Shown: positions 40,001-52,400 of the stretch, in pieces
Position numbering within the stretch: the first letter of the stretch is position 1
Layout: every line of letters begins with the position of its first letter
The notes under the pieces: model-generated
Databases searched by the model: none
Seen by the model: only the letters and a program-made list of their open reading frames with translations
Told to the model about the DNA's origin: nothing
Made by a program: the position numbers and the translations under genes
Assembly: GCA_030141605.1 (NCBI GenBank)
Contig: JAQGDQ010000664.1
Coordinates: 52,455-116,454 of the forward strand
Length of the DNA: 64,000 nucleotides
Reading direction: 5' to 3'
DNA from: Tubiluchus corallicola
Taxonomy: Eukaryota; Animalia; Priapulida

Positions 40001-43000
40001 CCCTCCAATACACCACTGGTGACACACAACCAAATAAAGAGTCAGATAGCGATGAAAATTTTTGTTTCATGCACATATAAGCCGACCCCCTGATTTCAGT
40101 ATTGTATTTTATAGTTCTAAATTCGGCTTATATGCGAGTATATACGGTAAATATATGGTAAGAATTTAAGTGCTCAGTATTTGCTTGAATGACTCATAAT
40201 TAGTGTTCAGTGATAAATGTTAATTAGAAATTTGATGCATTCAACAAAAGCCTTCATCATGTTTTTTGTATTAACAGGAGTAGTTGATGATGATTGATAA
40301 TGATCAGTAATAATGCCAAAGTACAGTTTTTCAAAAGCCATTTTTTGTTTTTGCAGCAGAGGTCTGTGGAGCCAAGTGTGACATCCAACTCGAAAAACCA
40401 TGTTGTGGAGTCTCTTGAAGGTTCCATTGCTTTGACGTGTGTGACATCATCTGTGATTACTACAGAGTCTGTAACTGTTGCTTCATCACAGCCATTGCCT
40501 ATAGCATCAGCACGAAAAATGAACACTCGCGCTTCGGGACCTGCAGAAGATCTGCCTCTCTGTATAAGCTCGTCTCGGAGACCAAGATCGTCGCCCTCTG
40601 AGAAGATGCCATCGAAAAAGAAATTTTCAGCATCAAAGGTTGTCGATGCAACTGAAAACGAAAAAGAACCAGCTGAGATAATTCCAACAGAAAAAGCAGA
40701 CGTCTCGTCAGATAGTGGTTCATCGTCTTCATTACATAAGGCTAAATCAAAGAATGTGGCACGAATTCATTCACCTCGACGTTTGAAAAGGAAATTTAGC
40801 CCTAGAAAAAGTAGTTCCAGTGATGAAGCAGTACTTGATTTGAATGTGGAAGGTTTTCGCCTCGCAAAGGTGAAAAAACCTGCTCGTCAGCTTCATTTCG
40901 ACTCGGCTCCGGCAGATACAGACTCTGGATTGAATCTGAGTGAACCTGTTAACAAGAAGCCTCTGCAATCTAGGAAATTGGAAGGGAGTTTAGATAGTGA
41001 AGGAAACGACCCCGTTGTTGCAGCTTTGCTGAACGAAATCATAGACAATGTTGTGCAGCGTAGTCAAGTGTGGTTCGGACAAAGCAACACACATCCCGAC
41101 GTAGGTTATCATTATCCCGAGGACACCGTGAACACCTCTTGGGACTTGACTGACACTACTGAAATATCATTGGAGAACATTGACTTTTCTAGTGTGTTAG
41201 ATGATAGTTTAATCGAATCTGTTAGTGGTTTAATGGCGGATGCTCAAGCAAGACAGGCAGCAGCTGCTATGTGTAGTTTAGCCATGCAACCACCACTTCA
41301 CAATCTTACTACCTCACCTGCTAGACAATCTGTACTTCGAGCATCACCCATGCGCCAGAATTCTCAAACGGACGGTAATAGTAGTTTAGATGTTGGTAAC
41401 ATGATGGACATACCTGAGTTGAACGATATTATTGATTCTCCTGAAATCAGCGCCATGCTGAATAGTCCAGAAATAGAAAGCTTATTAAAAAATCTGCCAG
41501 GTGTTGATAGTAGTTTAAGCGATCTAGAGTCGTCGCCAGTTAAAGCTGGTCCAGCGCATCAGCAGCAACTGAATACTTTCTCTGCTGGTGCTAGAATGGG
41601 TCGACCTATTTACCATCACGTGCCGCGCGCACCTCTAGTGACAATTCCTGCTTGGAAGCGGCCCTCCATACGCGAACGTCCTTGGAAATATGTTAGACTG
41701 CCGCCCATTGAAAAGCCTCGATTACGAGAGCACAGGAAGCCTCGCAAATTCTGGGAAAGTGATGTGGACGAACGAGATTTGCTGTTTAAACAGAGAAAGC
41801 AAAAGGTGGAGAAAGACGGCATTGCTGTTAAACGCAAACGTGCTTCAAAAAGCTCAGATAATGTAGAATCTCCTTTACAAAGTCCCAAAGAACGTGCCGA
41901 GAAGCGAGTAGAAAGTCCAAAGGAAAGCATGGAGAAAGTAGAAGAATTGCAAATTGCCAGTGAAGTGGTTCACGCCAGTGAAGATGTTGTTGTCGATGCT
42001 GATTCAGTCGGTTCAGAATCCATTTTGAATGAGATTGACGAGTCGCTTGAAACTGACTTGAAAAAAATTGATGAAAGCATTGAAGAAGCAGATGCAGATT
42101 TCATGCAACCTCCCAGCAAAAAGAAACGAAAATACAGAACTAAAAAAATTCGAATGATGGAAATGATGGCAGATGAATCAGCTAGTGACATTCAAGATAT
42201 TGCAGACGAACCAAAAAAGATCCATAGGAAGAAAATACGTGAACTGCAGTCGTTCACCATGCCAGATATCCCAAGCCATGAAGTTGACCACAGTTATACA
42301 ACCCCTGCAGGACCGTTGTTGGCCTACATGAGCACTCCTCAGATGCGAGAACATGACTATGCCCAAGAGTTGGTTTGTGATAAAACCCCAGACGTGTATT
42401 CGATTTCCTACTATGTACCACGGTCTTGCGCCCGTTGCCGTCAGGTTGGATATCAGCGTCGTGGTTATTATCCACAGCCAGAGATAACTCACAAAAGAGT
42501 ACCAAGACCAGAGGCTGAGCGCAAAATAGTTGGCGGCAAAACTATAAACGAACAATCAATATCGAGAGTAAGACTTCGTGCAAAGCTTCGGCGCTTGGAA
42601 CGACTAGCTAAAAAGAAGGAAAAAGAAGAGTTGAAGAAGAAGCAGAAAGCTATACGCGAAGAGAAGAGGAAGCTGCGAGAGCTGAAACGCCAGAAAAGGG
42701 AAGCAATTTTGACTAGGCGACGCAAGATGTACTCGTGCAACCGCTGTCACGAAAAGTTTCCTGCTTTGCAGCAGCTGCTCAATCATATCTGTAAAGAGGA
42801 GGAGCTGCAAGAGACCAAACCAAAGGTAATCACCTACACTTGCAAGCACTGCGGTGAAAAGTTCAACAAATATTCGCTGCATCGAGAACACAAAAAGACG
42901 CACGCGAAGGAGGAAGCTGAGCTGCAGAGACAAAGGGAAGAGGAAGAGCGAAGAATTGCAGAGGAAGAAGTTGATGACGTAGCCGAGGAAAAGGACGATG

Positions 43001-43830
43001 ACTGGGTACCAGAGATAGATACCAAACGTTATCAGTGCAAAGTATGTACGGAGCGATTTGGTACAATGAAAGCACTTCGTAGACACCGGCTCAGCCATTT
43101 TGTTACTCGTCGCAGTCTTCGCAGCAAGAAGCCCGGGCAGAAATCTGGTACTTCGCAACCAGAAAGCAATGAGCACGTTAGGAGTATAGCTGAATCCTGT
43201 CTAAGTTACATCGTAAAAACTGTATGCAATCGGGAAAAGTATCGTCGATACAGTGAAAAAATGAAACTTCGCAAAGAATTAGAGAAAAAACTAACGGCAA
43301 GTTTGAAACTTCCCTCGAAAAATCACAAGAAAACTCCTGGGAAAGGTACGACACGGCCTGGAATGGTATCTGTCAAGTCCAAAACTTCCAAGCGGAAGTT
43401 ACGTTTGCAGCCGGAAAGAGCAAAGGCTGACCGTACCTGTCATGCTTGCGAGTTGATCTTCAACAGCGTGTTAAAACTACATGGTCACAAGCTCAATGAC
43501 CATAAGACATACATTGACGTCCCGGTCGGAGTGCAGTGTATGGTATGCAGTCGACAGTTCGACAGCGCAGAAGATATTGACTTTCACATTAACTTGCACC
43601 GTGGCAGGTACAAACGAGAAATGAGATTGACAACAGTGGAAGCGCCTAAGCTCGTTACTTGCTATGAACCACCCGCTCATGAAATGGAGGCAACGTGTCA
43701 ATGGATGGTTGTAAATAACACATTAGTGAAAGTTCCAACGGCGGTTGCCGTTTCTGCCGGCGCTAAAATTGTATGCAGTTATGAGGCAGCAGCACCTGCT
43801 AAATTAAACACAAAGGGTAAAAAACCTTAA
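33892..43830 (+). CDS. Large multi-C2H2 zinc-finger protein (about 1765 aa, about 15 fingers)
   Basis: Exons 33892-33896 (ATGAG|gt, inferred; splices in frame to give MRDEKMNC), 36177-37995 (about 10 fingers, donor GTG|gtaaat) and 40357-43830 (CAGCAG acceptor; acidic/Ser-rich region, K/E/R coiled coil, 5 fingers). Matches ORFs 36187..38064 and 40294..43830, which join in phase 0. Confidence 0.9.
34422..34778. mobile_element. hAT-type MITE family A, copy 3 (shorter)
   Basis: Ends CAGTGGCGGATTG / GAGCGGCCACTG; perfect 8-bp TSD CAATTGCT (34414-34421, 34779-34786). Confidence 0.9.
38668..38714. repeat. (GAT)n microsatellite
   Basis: Direct reading. Confidence 0.9.
39376..40147. mobile_element. 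Tc1/mariner-superfamily (Tc2/pogo-like) MITE
   Basis: Perfect 23-bp TIR CCGTATATACTCGCATATAAGCC, TA on both sides, internal ATAAGCCGACC repeats. Confidence 0.95.
39760..40018. mobile_element. hAT-type MITE nested inside the Tc1/mariner MITE
   Basis: Perfect 13-bp TIR CAGTGGTGTATTG and perfect 8-bp TSD GTGACACA (39752-39759, 40019-40026). Confidence 0.95.
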
Positions 43831-45154
43831 ACAGTAATGATGGATTTCGTTTTGCGATTTCCTATAGTCCATTTGAATGGTTTTTCAGCCAGGTTGGCTT
43901 ATAGCTTAAACATGAATTTTATTGTAATCTAATTTTTGTTGGTAAACTAGCCAAGTGTATGGGGTGTTGTCATAGTTTCATCTTAAGCTGTTGAATGAAA
44001 GAAATTTGTGCCGATGTTTGCTAATTTATAATATTGATATTATTTTTATCGTATCACTATCATGATTTTTCACCGTGTAATTATAAGTTTGACCACTTGA
44101 CGTCTAGACTCATAGGTTTGAAACTTGGGCTTTATGTAGAGTGTGTTAAATACTTTCACTGTTATTGTATTTTTCCACTTTCCTTTACAAACTAGATGTT
44201 ATTTCCGATTGTGTAGAAATTGCAGGCAGAGTGTAAATTATGTAAAGAATGCACCATAGAGTGTAAAAATGCTTGCTTATGTGTGGTCATTTCATAGCCA
44301 GTTGTTAACATTGTTGACATTATAAATGTAGAAAAGTGTACATAAAAATGATTAAGCTTTTTATTGTTGCAAGAATTGTATGTATGAATGGAAATTTTGC
44401 TGGCTGCACGCCACCTCGTTCTATGAATTACGTTTGGCTTTTTGTGTGGTTAGGATGACTAAATAATGCTAATGAAATGCGCTGTAAATAAAAAAATTAC
44501 GTTTACTATATCTCTGTCCAAGAGTTCTGCAGTATCATATACTTTACAAATACGTTTTCAGGAAAACTTTAGCAATTTTGTCATGTTTCTCAGGTGTTGT
44601 TGAGTCACAGTGCAATTTTATACAAGGCAAGTTCGACACACTATAAGGAAAAATCCAACAGTCATTGGTGGGCCACCAGTATTGATATTTGTGGCAAAAC
44701 GGGAATCTAGCTCGTCAAGTGTTACCATCTTATATGAGCCACTGAACCACTAGAGTTGTCTTAATTCCATTCAGATGTAACGGGTGTGTTAGAAGTCACT
44801 ATACACTTTACATTTTCTATATTTTTAAACAAACAAAGCAAAATGTTTGTAATTTGGGTCGGATGAAGTAAAATATTGGACAATTCTTTCAGTCAAATTA
44901 GGTGAAAATCTGAAAAGAATTACAGGCTATTTTTGTTCCCTTCATGGGCCTCGAGCATTTCAGAAACCAATCCAATGGCAAGTCGGTCAAATGCTGTTTT
45001 TGATTCGTGTGAGAGCTAGCTGAGATTGGAGAAAAATTTAAGACGAAGATTTGAAATCAAAGTGTATAGTGACTTTTGAGCCACCCTTGGCAAATGAAGC
45101 AGCTTGGAGCAAGTATTGAACCCAAGTAGTCACAAACTGTTTACTGCATGACCA

Positions 45155-46574
45155 TTTGGTTGTGGAGTTTGACTTCAGTTGTTGATGTGACTTTGGTTGT
45201 GGAGTAGAGTTTGACTTTGATTGTGGAATTTGAGTTTGGGTGTGGAGTTTTGTCTTCAGTTGTGGATTTGACTGGTTGTCGAGTTTGACTTTGGTAGTGG
45301 AGTATGACTTCGTTGTGGAGTTTGACTTTAGTTGTGTTGTTTGACTTTGTTTGTGGATTTGACTTTGGTTGTGGAGTTTAACGTTTGGTTGTAGAGTTTG
45401 ACTTTAGTTGTGGAGTTTGACTTTGGTTGTCGAGTTTGACATTGGTTGTGGAGTTTGACTTTAGTTGTAGATTTGACTTTGGTTGTGGAGTTTAAGTTTT
45501 GGTTGTAGATTTGACTTTGGTTGTGGAGTTTAACTTTTGGTTGTGGAGTTTGACTTTAGTTGTGGAGTTTGACTTTGGTTGTCGAGTTTGACATTGGTTG
45601 TGGAGTTTGACTTTAGTTGTAGATTTGACTTTGGTTGTGGAGTTTAACTTTTGGTTGTGGAGTTTGACTTTAGTTGTGGAGTTTGACTTTGGTTGTCGAG
45701 TTTGACATTGGTTGTGGAGTTTGACTTTAGTTGTAGATTTGACTTTGGTTGTGGAGTTTAACTTTTGGTTGTGGAGTTTGACTTTAGTTGTGGAGTTTAA
45801 CTTTTGGTTGTGGAGTTTGACTTTGGTTGTGGAGTTTAACTTTTGGTTGTGGAGTTTGACTTTAGTTGTGGAGTTTGACATTGGTTGTGGAGTTTGACAT
45901 TGGTTGTGGAGTTTGACTTTGGTTGTCGAGTTTGATTTTGGTTGTGGAACTTCACTTTGGTAGTGGAATTTGACTTTGGTTGTGGAGTTTGACATTGGTT
46001 GTGGAGTTTGACATTGGTTGTGGAGTTTGACTTTGGTTGTGGAGTTTGACTTTGGTTGTCGAGTTTGACTTTGGTTGTGGAACTTCACTTTGGTAATGGA
46101 ATTTGACTTTAGTTGTGGATTTGACTTTGGTTGTGGAGTTTGACTTCAGTTGTGGAACTTCACTTTGGTAGTGGAATTTGACTTCAGTTGTGGAACTTCA
46201 CTTTGGTAGTGGAATTTGACTTTAGTTGTGGATTTGACTTTGGTTGTGGAGTTTGACTTCAGTTGTGGATTTGACTTTGGTTGTGGAGTTTGACTTCAGT
46301 TGTGGAACTTCACTTTGGTAGTGGAGTTTGACTTCAGTTGTGGAACTTCACTTTGGTAGTGGAGTTTGAGTTTGGTTGTGGAACTTCACTTTGGTAGTGG
46401 AGTTTGACTTTGGTTGTGGAACTTCACTTTGGTAGTGGAATTTGACTTCAGTTGTGGAACTTCACTTTGGTAGTGGAATTTGACTTCAGTTGTGGAACTT
46501 CACTTTGGTAGTGGAATTTGACTTCAGTTGTGGAACTTCACTTTGGTAATGGAGTTTGACTTTGGTTGTGGAGC
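45155..46574. repeat. 19-bp tandem satellite, about 75 units
   Basis: Consensus GACTTTGGTTGTGGAGTTT with 18- and 20-bp variants; the distal part alternates CACTTTGGTAGTGGAATTT and GACTTCAGTTGTGGAACTT. Confidence 0.97.
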
Positions 46575-47230
46575 ACACTCCAATTGGTTATTCAGTTGTT
46601 GTATTATCCACTGGCAAAGTCTGATTGCATGGCAGATCAGGGACAAGAATTAGGGACGTTTCAATTATTTAGTGCATAAGGCTTTCTGTTCATGTCTTAC
46701 TTCATATTTTCTACAAATTTCACCGAAATTTTACATTTTTATAGATTTAAAATACAGATAATAACTGAAGAGTAGGATAAATGAATCATTGAATAGGCTA
46801 CATATATGAGCAGGCAACATTGTGCAAATGTGCCCTGCTATATTATTGAAAATTACGTTGATGCTGGCTTTAAAATGTTTCAGAAAACTTAATTATTCTT
46901 ATTTTAATAGAATTCTCGTTGTTAATATGAGAAACGCAAGCAAAATTCGCGTTATAAGTTATTCACAGTGTATACCGCAATGAGTAAAGCCACTAAACGA
47001 CAACCTATTACTGTATGAAGGTCTGCTGAAGCTCTTTGTACTAATTTTATTATTATTATTATTTTATTTTATTTTTTCCATATTATTATTATAATTTAAT
47101 TTTTCTCCTTCAATCTTGTAGCACTCTCACCCCAAAAATGTTGGAAACAACTTTAGTAACTCAAAGTGCTCTCATACGTAAAAATGTTTTATAATTCCCT
47201 TAAGATATCTACGCTTAAAAATATATACCA

Positions 47231-47482
47231 GGCGGTACAGTCTAGTTGTAACGCGTCCGCTTTCTGTTTGGGAGATCGTGTGTTCGATACTGCGGCCGGG
47301 TCACACCGAAGACTTTAAAAATGGTACCTGTTGTTGTCCTGCCTTGCGCATGTATTTAGGGTAAAAGCGGGGTAATAATAGTCTTTGTCATGTAGTTGCA
47401 GGTAACACAGTAGGTTTGTTATTTACAGTAGGCCAAAAGCTCTTTAAGCTTACATTCACTGTTTATCCAAAAGCCGACCTTA
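47231..47482 (+). mobile_element. tRNA-derived SINE (MetaSINE-like), best-preserved copy
   Basis: A-box-like CAGTCTAGTTG, B-box-like TGTTCGATACT, then CGGCCGGGTCACACCGAAGACTTTAAAAATGGTACCTG, resembling the Meta domain as I recall it. Confidence 0.8.
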
Positions 47483-49432
47483 ATATCCAATTACACGTCT
47501 AATCTCGTCTAAACAGGACTTGGATTCTAGAGTGGAAAGTGGCGCCTTGCAACGGCAGAAATATTACAATCAAGCACCTGTTTATGTAACAAGTTTAGAC
47601 TAGCCAGGCTTAGTAAACTTATTCATGATGTGTGTGTCGCAAATGTTAAAACAGCAAGACTACGTAAATACAGGTCAGAGAACTCTGACAAAATTGCATT
47701 ACAGGGAGTAAAATTGTCCTGGCTGAACTAGGATTTACATAAAATTATTATTGTAAATTAAATAACAATTTATTATTATAATCATTATTTAAAAATATCT
47801 TAAATACAAAAAATAAAAATCAATATTTAGATACAGAAGGGCAAATTAACGCCTGACTAGCTAAAAAGTAAAAACATACAAACACGTATCATGGAAATTA
47901 ATTAAAACGAAAAGGCAATGGACTCTTAAAGCTTTAATCGGTAAAAATTTGACATCCAAATTTATCAAATTTCACATGATAAAAATTAGAAACTAATTAA
48001 AGTTTCACATTTTGATTAAAGGTAAGTTTAGCCAATAAGACTCAGATCTACTGTACATTTAATAGTGTCATAAGGAAATCTTTAATTTAGATTGGCTAAT
48101 TTAGATCAGTATTTGCCACGATTTAAAAAAATCGTGAGTTTAAATTATTTCAAAATACCAATGGCTTCAGATGAACCGACGAACAAAATATCATTTTAAA
48201 ATTATCTGATTTTGATTTCAAACAATTCTATGACCACGTGATCAAAATCGAAAACTCGCTACTCATATTTTTTTCATATCAAGGTATTTGAATTTGTTAC
48301 ACGTGTTTTAAAATGCATTTTTATAACACAATTAAGTTTTTACAATAATGAAAAAACACATAACGACTTCGCTGAGTCAACATCTAAAATGGCTGCTTGT
48401 CTTGCTATAATCATCACTGTGAATCTGTGAGACGTTGTAGTTTGGAGTTCATGAGTAACAAGATTTTAATTCGGATTGCATAATTTATTATAATAATTAC
48501 ACATGCATGCCAGCAACGTTTGCCAATCTACGTTGCCTCACTTATACAATTAATTTTTTCGCGCATCAAGTCAATCCACTTAATTTGAAATTGGCACATG
48601 GATGGCTTCTTTGTACCACTCTTTCAAGAATTAATCGGGAATGCGAAGCATTGAGTTACTCGTTTATTGACTTCTCCTGCCCAACTGCCTGGATATATCA
48701 TTTAAAACGCCAACTATCGTTGCCATGGTTCTGTTTCTTCGTGCATGACATTTAAAACGCCGTTTTATGTTTATATGGAATCCATTTTGTTGTACAGATT
48801 TAGAATACAGAGTAACTCCATTGTGACATCAGAATATAAAAGTTGGCTAAAAACTTACGTGAACAAGACGAACGAGAACAACAGGAACCACGGCGAAATA
48901 CACAGCCTTATAAAGTTACCTCGGAAGCGATTAACTTAAAAATCCTGCGTAGCGTGGACACAGTTCACTATATTCATAGCCATACAAAAATTTTGATAAA
49001 ATATCTGTGGCATTTTGCCACAGCTTTTTTTGGCAAATGGGCTGTTGTCACATTTCTATTGATGTGAGACTGTCAACGAATTTCAAAAGACAGAAGGTGG
49101 TACGTAGTGTGTCAGTTCCTTTTAATCAGCAAATATTATACCACGGTTAATGTGAGCTGTATATCATTGATGTTTAGGTCTGCTAAATTTGTGGCCTAGC
49201 TATTGAAATTAGCGTCTGTCGAACGGTCTCTATTTTATAAGTGCAGTACGTAGATAAGTGAAGAAGACAAATAACTCAAGCTGGTCTTTGGACGGCTTGA
49301 CAAATAGTTCAAGGAGGACTAAAGACGAATGTAAAATAATATCGTTATCTCTGATAGTGTGTGAAATGGGTGTAAACTAAATAGCGAGGTGCATAGCTAG
49401 TTTTAAGTTAAACCGCGTCTTTAATTACAATT

Positions 49433-52400
49433 ATGTTGTCATGTAAAGCCGCGTTCACACTAGTCCTGTTACTCGTTTGTTGCACCACGTGTTGCATAGC
49501 GCAGTTTCCGGTTGTTTGTTTGCAGAATATAACTAGTCATCGTTCACATGATGATCCGACGAGACGTGTGGTCAGATACTGCTGTCCAGCAGACAGCTCT
49601 GGTAAGTTGACCATGAGTTTTCTTGTGAATTAAACCTTTTTTGAAAGTAGTTACTGTATTCTCCAAAAAGGCTGAAAATTAATTTTTTATCAATAAAAGC
49701 AGGAACATAGCAAAACTTTCTAAAGAATTCTTTTGTGGTTTTGTACACAAGTTGTAGAAATAATAAATTTTAAATATTCTTTTGCTTGCTTGTACGCGTG
49801 CATGTTGCGTACATTTGAGGGAAATACTCGAGCTTAGAAGTAAATGAAAAAACAGACGAACAGTTGTTGAGACTGTTGATAAGTTGATATAAACAAATTG
49901 ATAAGAAATTTTTCGAAATATGGCGCAAACGTAAAAAGGAAACTTCTTATATCGCATTGTTCAAATTTTTATTGTACAGCACTACGGTATAATTTTTTTT
50001 ATAAGTTTAATCACATAAAAATTGCATACAATAAAGGCATCCGAAAGTTATTTCAGCTACAATGTGATTGTTCTGCAAGAAAAATGTGTGTTCAACGTGA
50101 CATACCGTATTTTGACACTATAATTCGAAAATGTACTTATGCACTTAAAAAAGGCTGTCATAAAGTTGCAATACTTTGGTACTGAACATATCGAATAGTG
50201 AATGCAGGTATAAATCTAAAATTCATCAGCACTGGCTGAAAATTTTATATGTGTAAAATAGGCTGACGTGACTTTACTAATTATATAATAATTTTATTGC
50301 AGACAGCTTATTGCATGGGAGTGGCAGTAGTGTCTATTACTAATGCTTTGTATAATGCTGTCTTTAAGCTGTTATCTTCTGTTTTTATATGGAAGAAATT
50401 CTGTTTTTAATTTTTAAATTCAAATTCAATTTAGTCCGTTAAAGTCGAAATAGCTGTAGTATAGTTGGGCACATTTTCTGTTCACACCCTAGAGTTTGGG
50501 ACAGCTGAGGCAGAAAGTGCACTCTGTTTCGTACCATATTTTGACAAAACTCATTCAAAAAAGGAAAATTGAGGTCTGTCACAAAGTGCTAATACGAATT
50601 AGTTTTTTATGCGATTCAACTGTTTTACATTGCAGCTTTGTTGTTGTGGAACCCAAGAAGCTCAAGAGTTTTTTGTCTGATGCGTAGATCACATATTTTA
50701 ATTCGTTTTTTGCCTTTTTTACAGGATTAGTTTGCGGTGGTCCTAGCAGAGGCCACTGTCGCAAGATCAGACCAACCGTGGAACGAAATCCGGAAGAACC
50801 AAAATTTGAAGACAGATACGCTTGGCCAACAAGTTTCGTTACTCATCAGTGCTATTGCAATAGCAACTACTATGGGTCTGTAGGCCCAATAGCCTTTCAT
50901 AGTTTTAATCGTTTAACTTTACTTTGGTTTAGGACCTTTTATATAATTTACAATTTACCTGTTTACCTAGTGTCTGATGGATCTATGTAGATGTACGTGC
51001 AGATACCTGTTAGTGTCTAGGTATCAAATGTCTTGTCTCAGTCAAGGGTCCTGGTTGCTAACTGTCTGCAGTCCAAGCACATTGTTTTACTGCGTGTTGT
51101 ATTATTTTACAAGTAATAATGACTGTCAGGTTACAAAATGTTAGATAACCAAGTGCACAAGATAAAGTCTCGCAGAATTACTGTGTAGCTAGTACCCAAG
51201 AATTCGACGGACCAAGTCTCCGGCATAACGAACATAATTGCCAGAAGCTTAAATTAGTTAGAGTTCAGTTTACCAAACATCTGGGTTACAATTAAAAATG
51301 ACTGATTTAAAAATAACTCAGCTAGCAAACGTCTAGTAACGATGTGCAAGCAATTTACCGTCGAGTTACAAAGTATCCTCTTAATAAGTGCGTTGGTTAC
51401 TAAATGTGCAGTTATTAAGTTTCTAGATATGAAGCCTTACCGGGTTATTAGCTGTTTGCGTTACCAAATGTCCTCAATCCTCTAGCAATAAAATATTCCA
51501 GCTGGTTATAGCCGTGCACACTGTTTAGTCATGGTCTCATAGTCTACTAGGACATCTTTCTGATTAATGGTCTTCTGCTGGATTGTGCTGCAAGAACAAC
51601 CTTTTACACACAAAATACCCACAGCAAGTACTCAATACCCACAACCTCTAACCAGTACCCTATACTCTACACACAAATGTGAAATATACTGCATAATGAG
51701 CATACAGGTGGGTTGATAGCTTTATAAATTCGGATAAATTTTCTTTCCCCTTCAACAGGTACGACTGCTCAGAATGCAAGTTTGGATACACAGGAAAAAA
51801 CTGTGACAGACCAGTCACTTTAAAACGTCGAAATATTCACTCATTGAATGATGCTGATATACAAGAACTCAAAGACGCTATGGTAAAGGCGAAACACACT
51901 GTCAGTGACTATGCTACTCTAAGCACATCTTACAGGTAATGTGAATTTTGGTTAACTAATAGCTTAGGTTCAATTGATAAGATGGATCATAGTTAATTAC
52001 ACGTGGCTGGTTTGCTGATTGTTCATTATTGCTTGATTCGATGCTTAACTGATTTGTTAAGTTGGCTGATTTCTGTATTAGTTTTTTGTTCTTTGGTGAG
52101 CTAATAGATTGGTTAATAGGTAGAAAAATAGTAGGCCGGTTGATCAGTCAGTCACTCACTTGGTTAGTCGGTGGTCAGAAGTTGATTATTTGATAACTTG
52201 CTCAGTTGGTTGACTAGGTCACTTGATTAGTCGGTGGTCAGAAGTTGATTATTTGATAGCTTGCTCAGTTGGTTGACTGGGTCACTTGGTTAGTCGGTGG
52301 TCAGAGTTGATTATTTGATAGCTTGCTCAGTTGATTGACTAGGTCACTTGGTTAGTCGGTGGTCAGAGTTGATTATTTGATAGCTTGCTCAGTTGATTGA

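Noticed and set aside
40499-43701. Many antisense ORFs over the large exons
   Set aside because: Shadow ORFs of long coding exons with no recognisable domains.
45492-46088. 198-aa repetitive ORF on the minus strand
   Set aside because: Product of the 19-bp satellite read through its three frames; frame-shifting unit variants show no coding constraint.
47231-47300. tRNA gene
   Set aside because: No complete cloverleaf or acceptor stem; continues into a SINE core shared with other copies.
50831-50870. Antisense CTGATGAGTAACGAAAC preceded by the perfect palindrome TGCTATTGCAATAGCA (type III hammerhead-like)
   Set aside because: The spacing is one nucleotide short for an NUH cleavage triplet, stem III is only 3 bp, and the sequence is constrained as tyrosinase coding exon 2.
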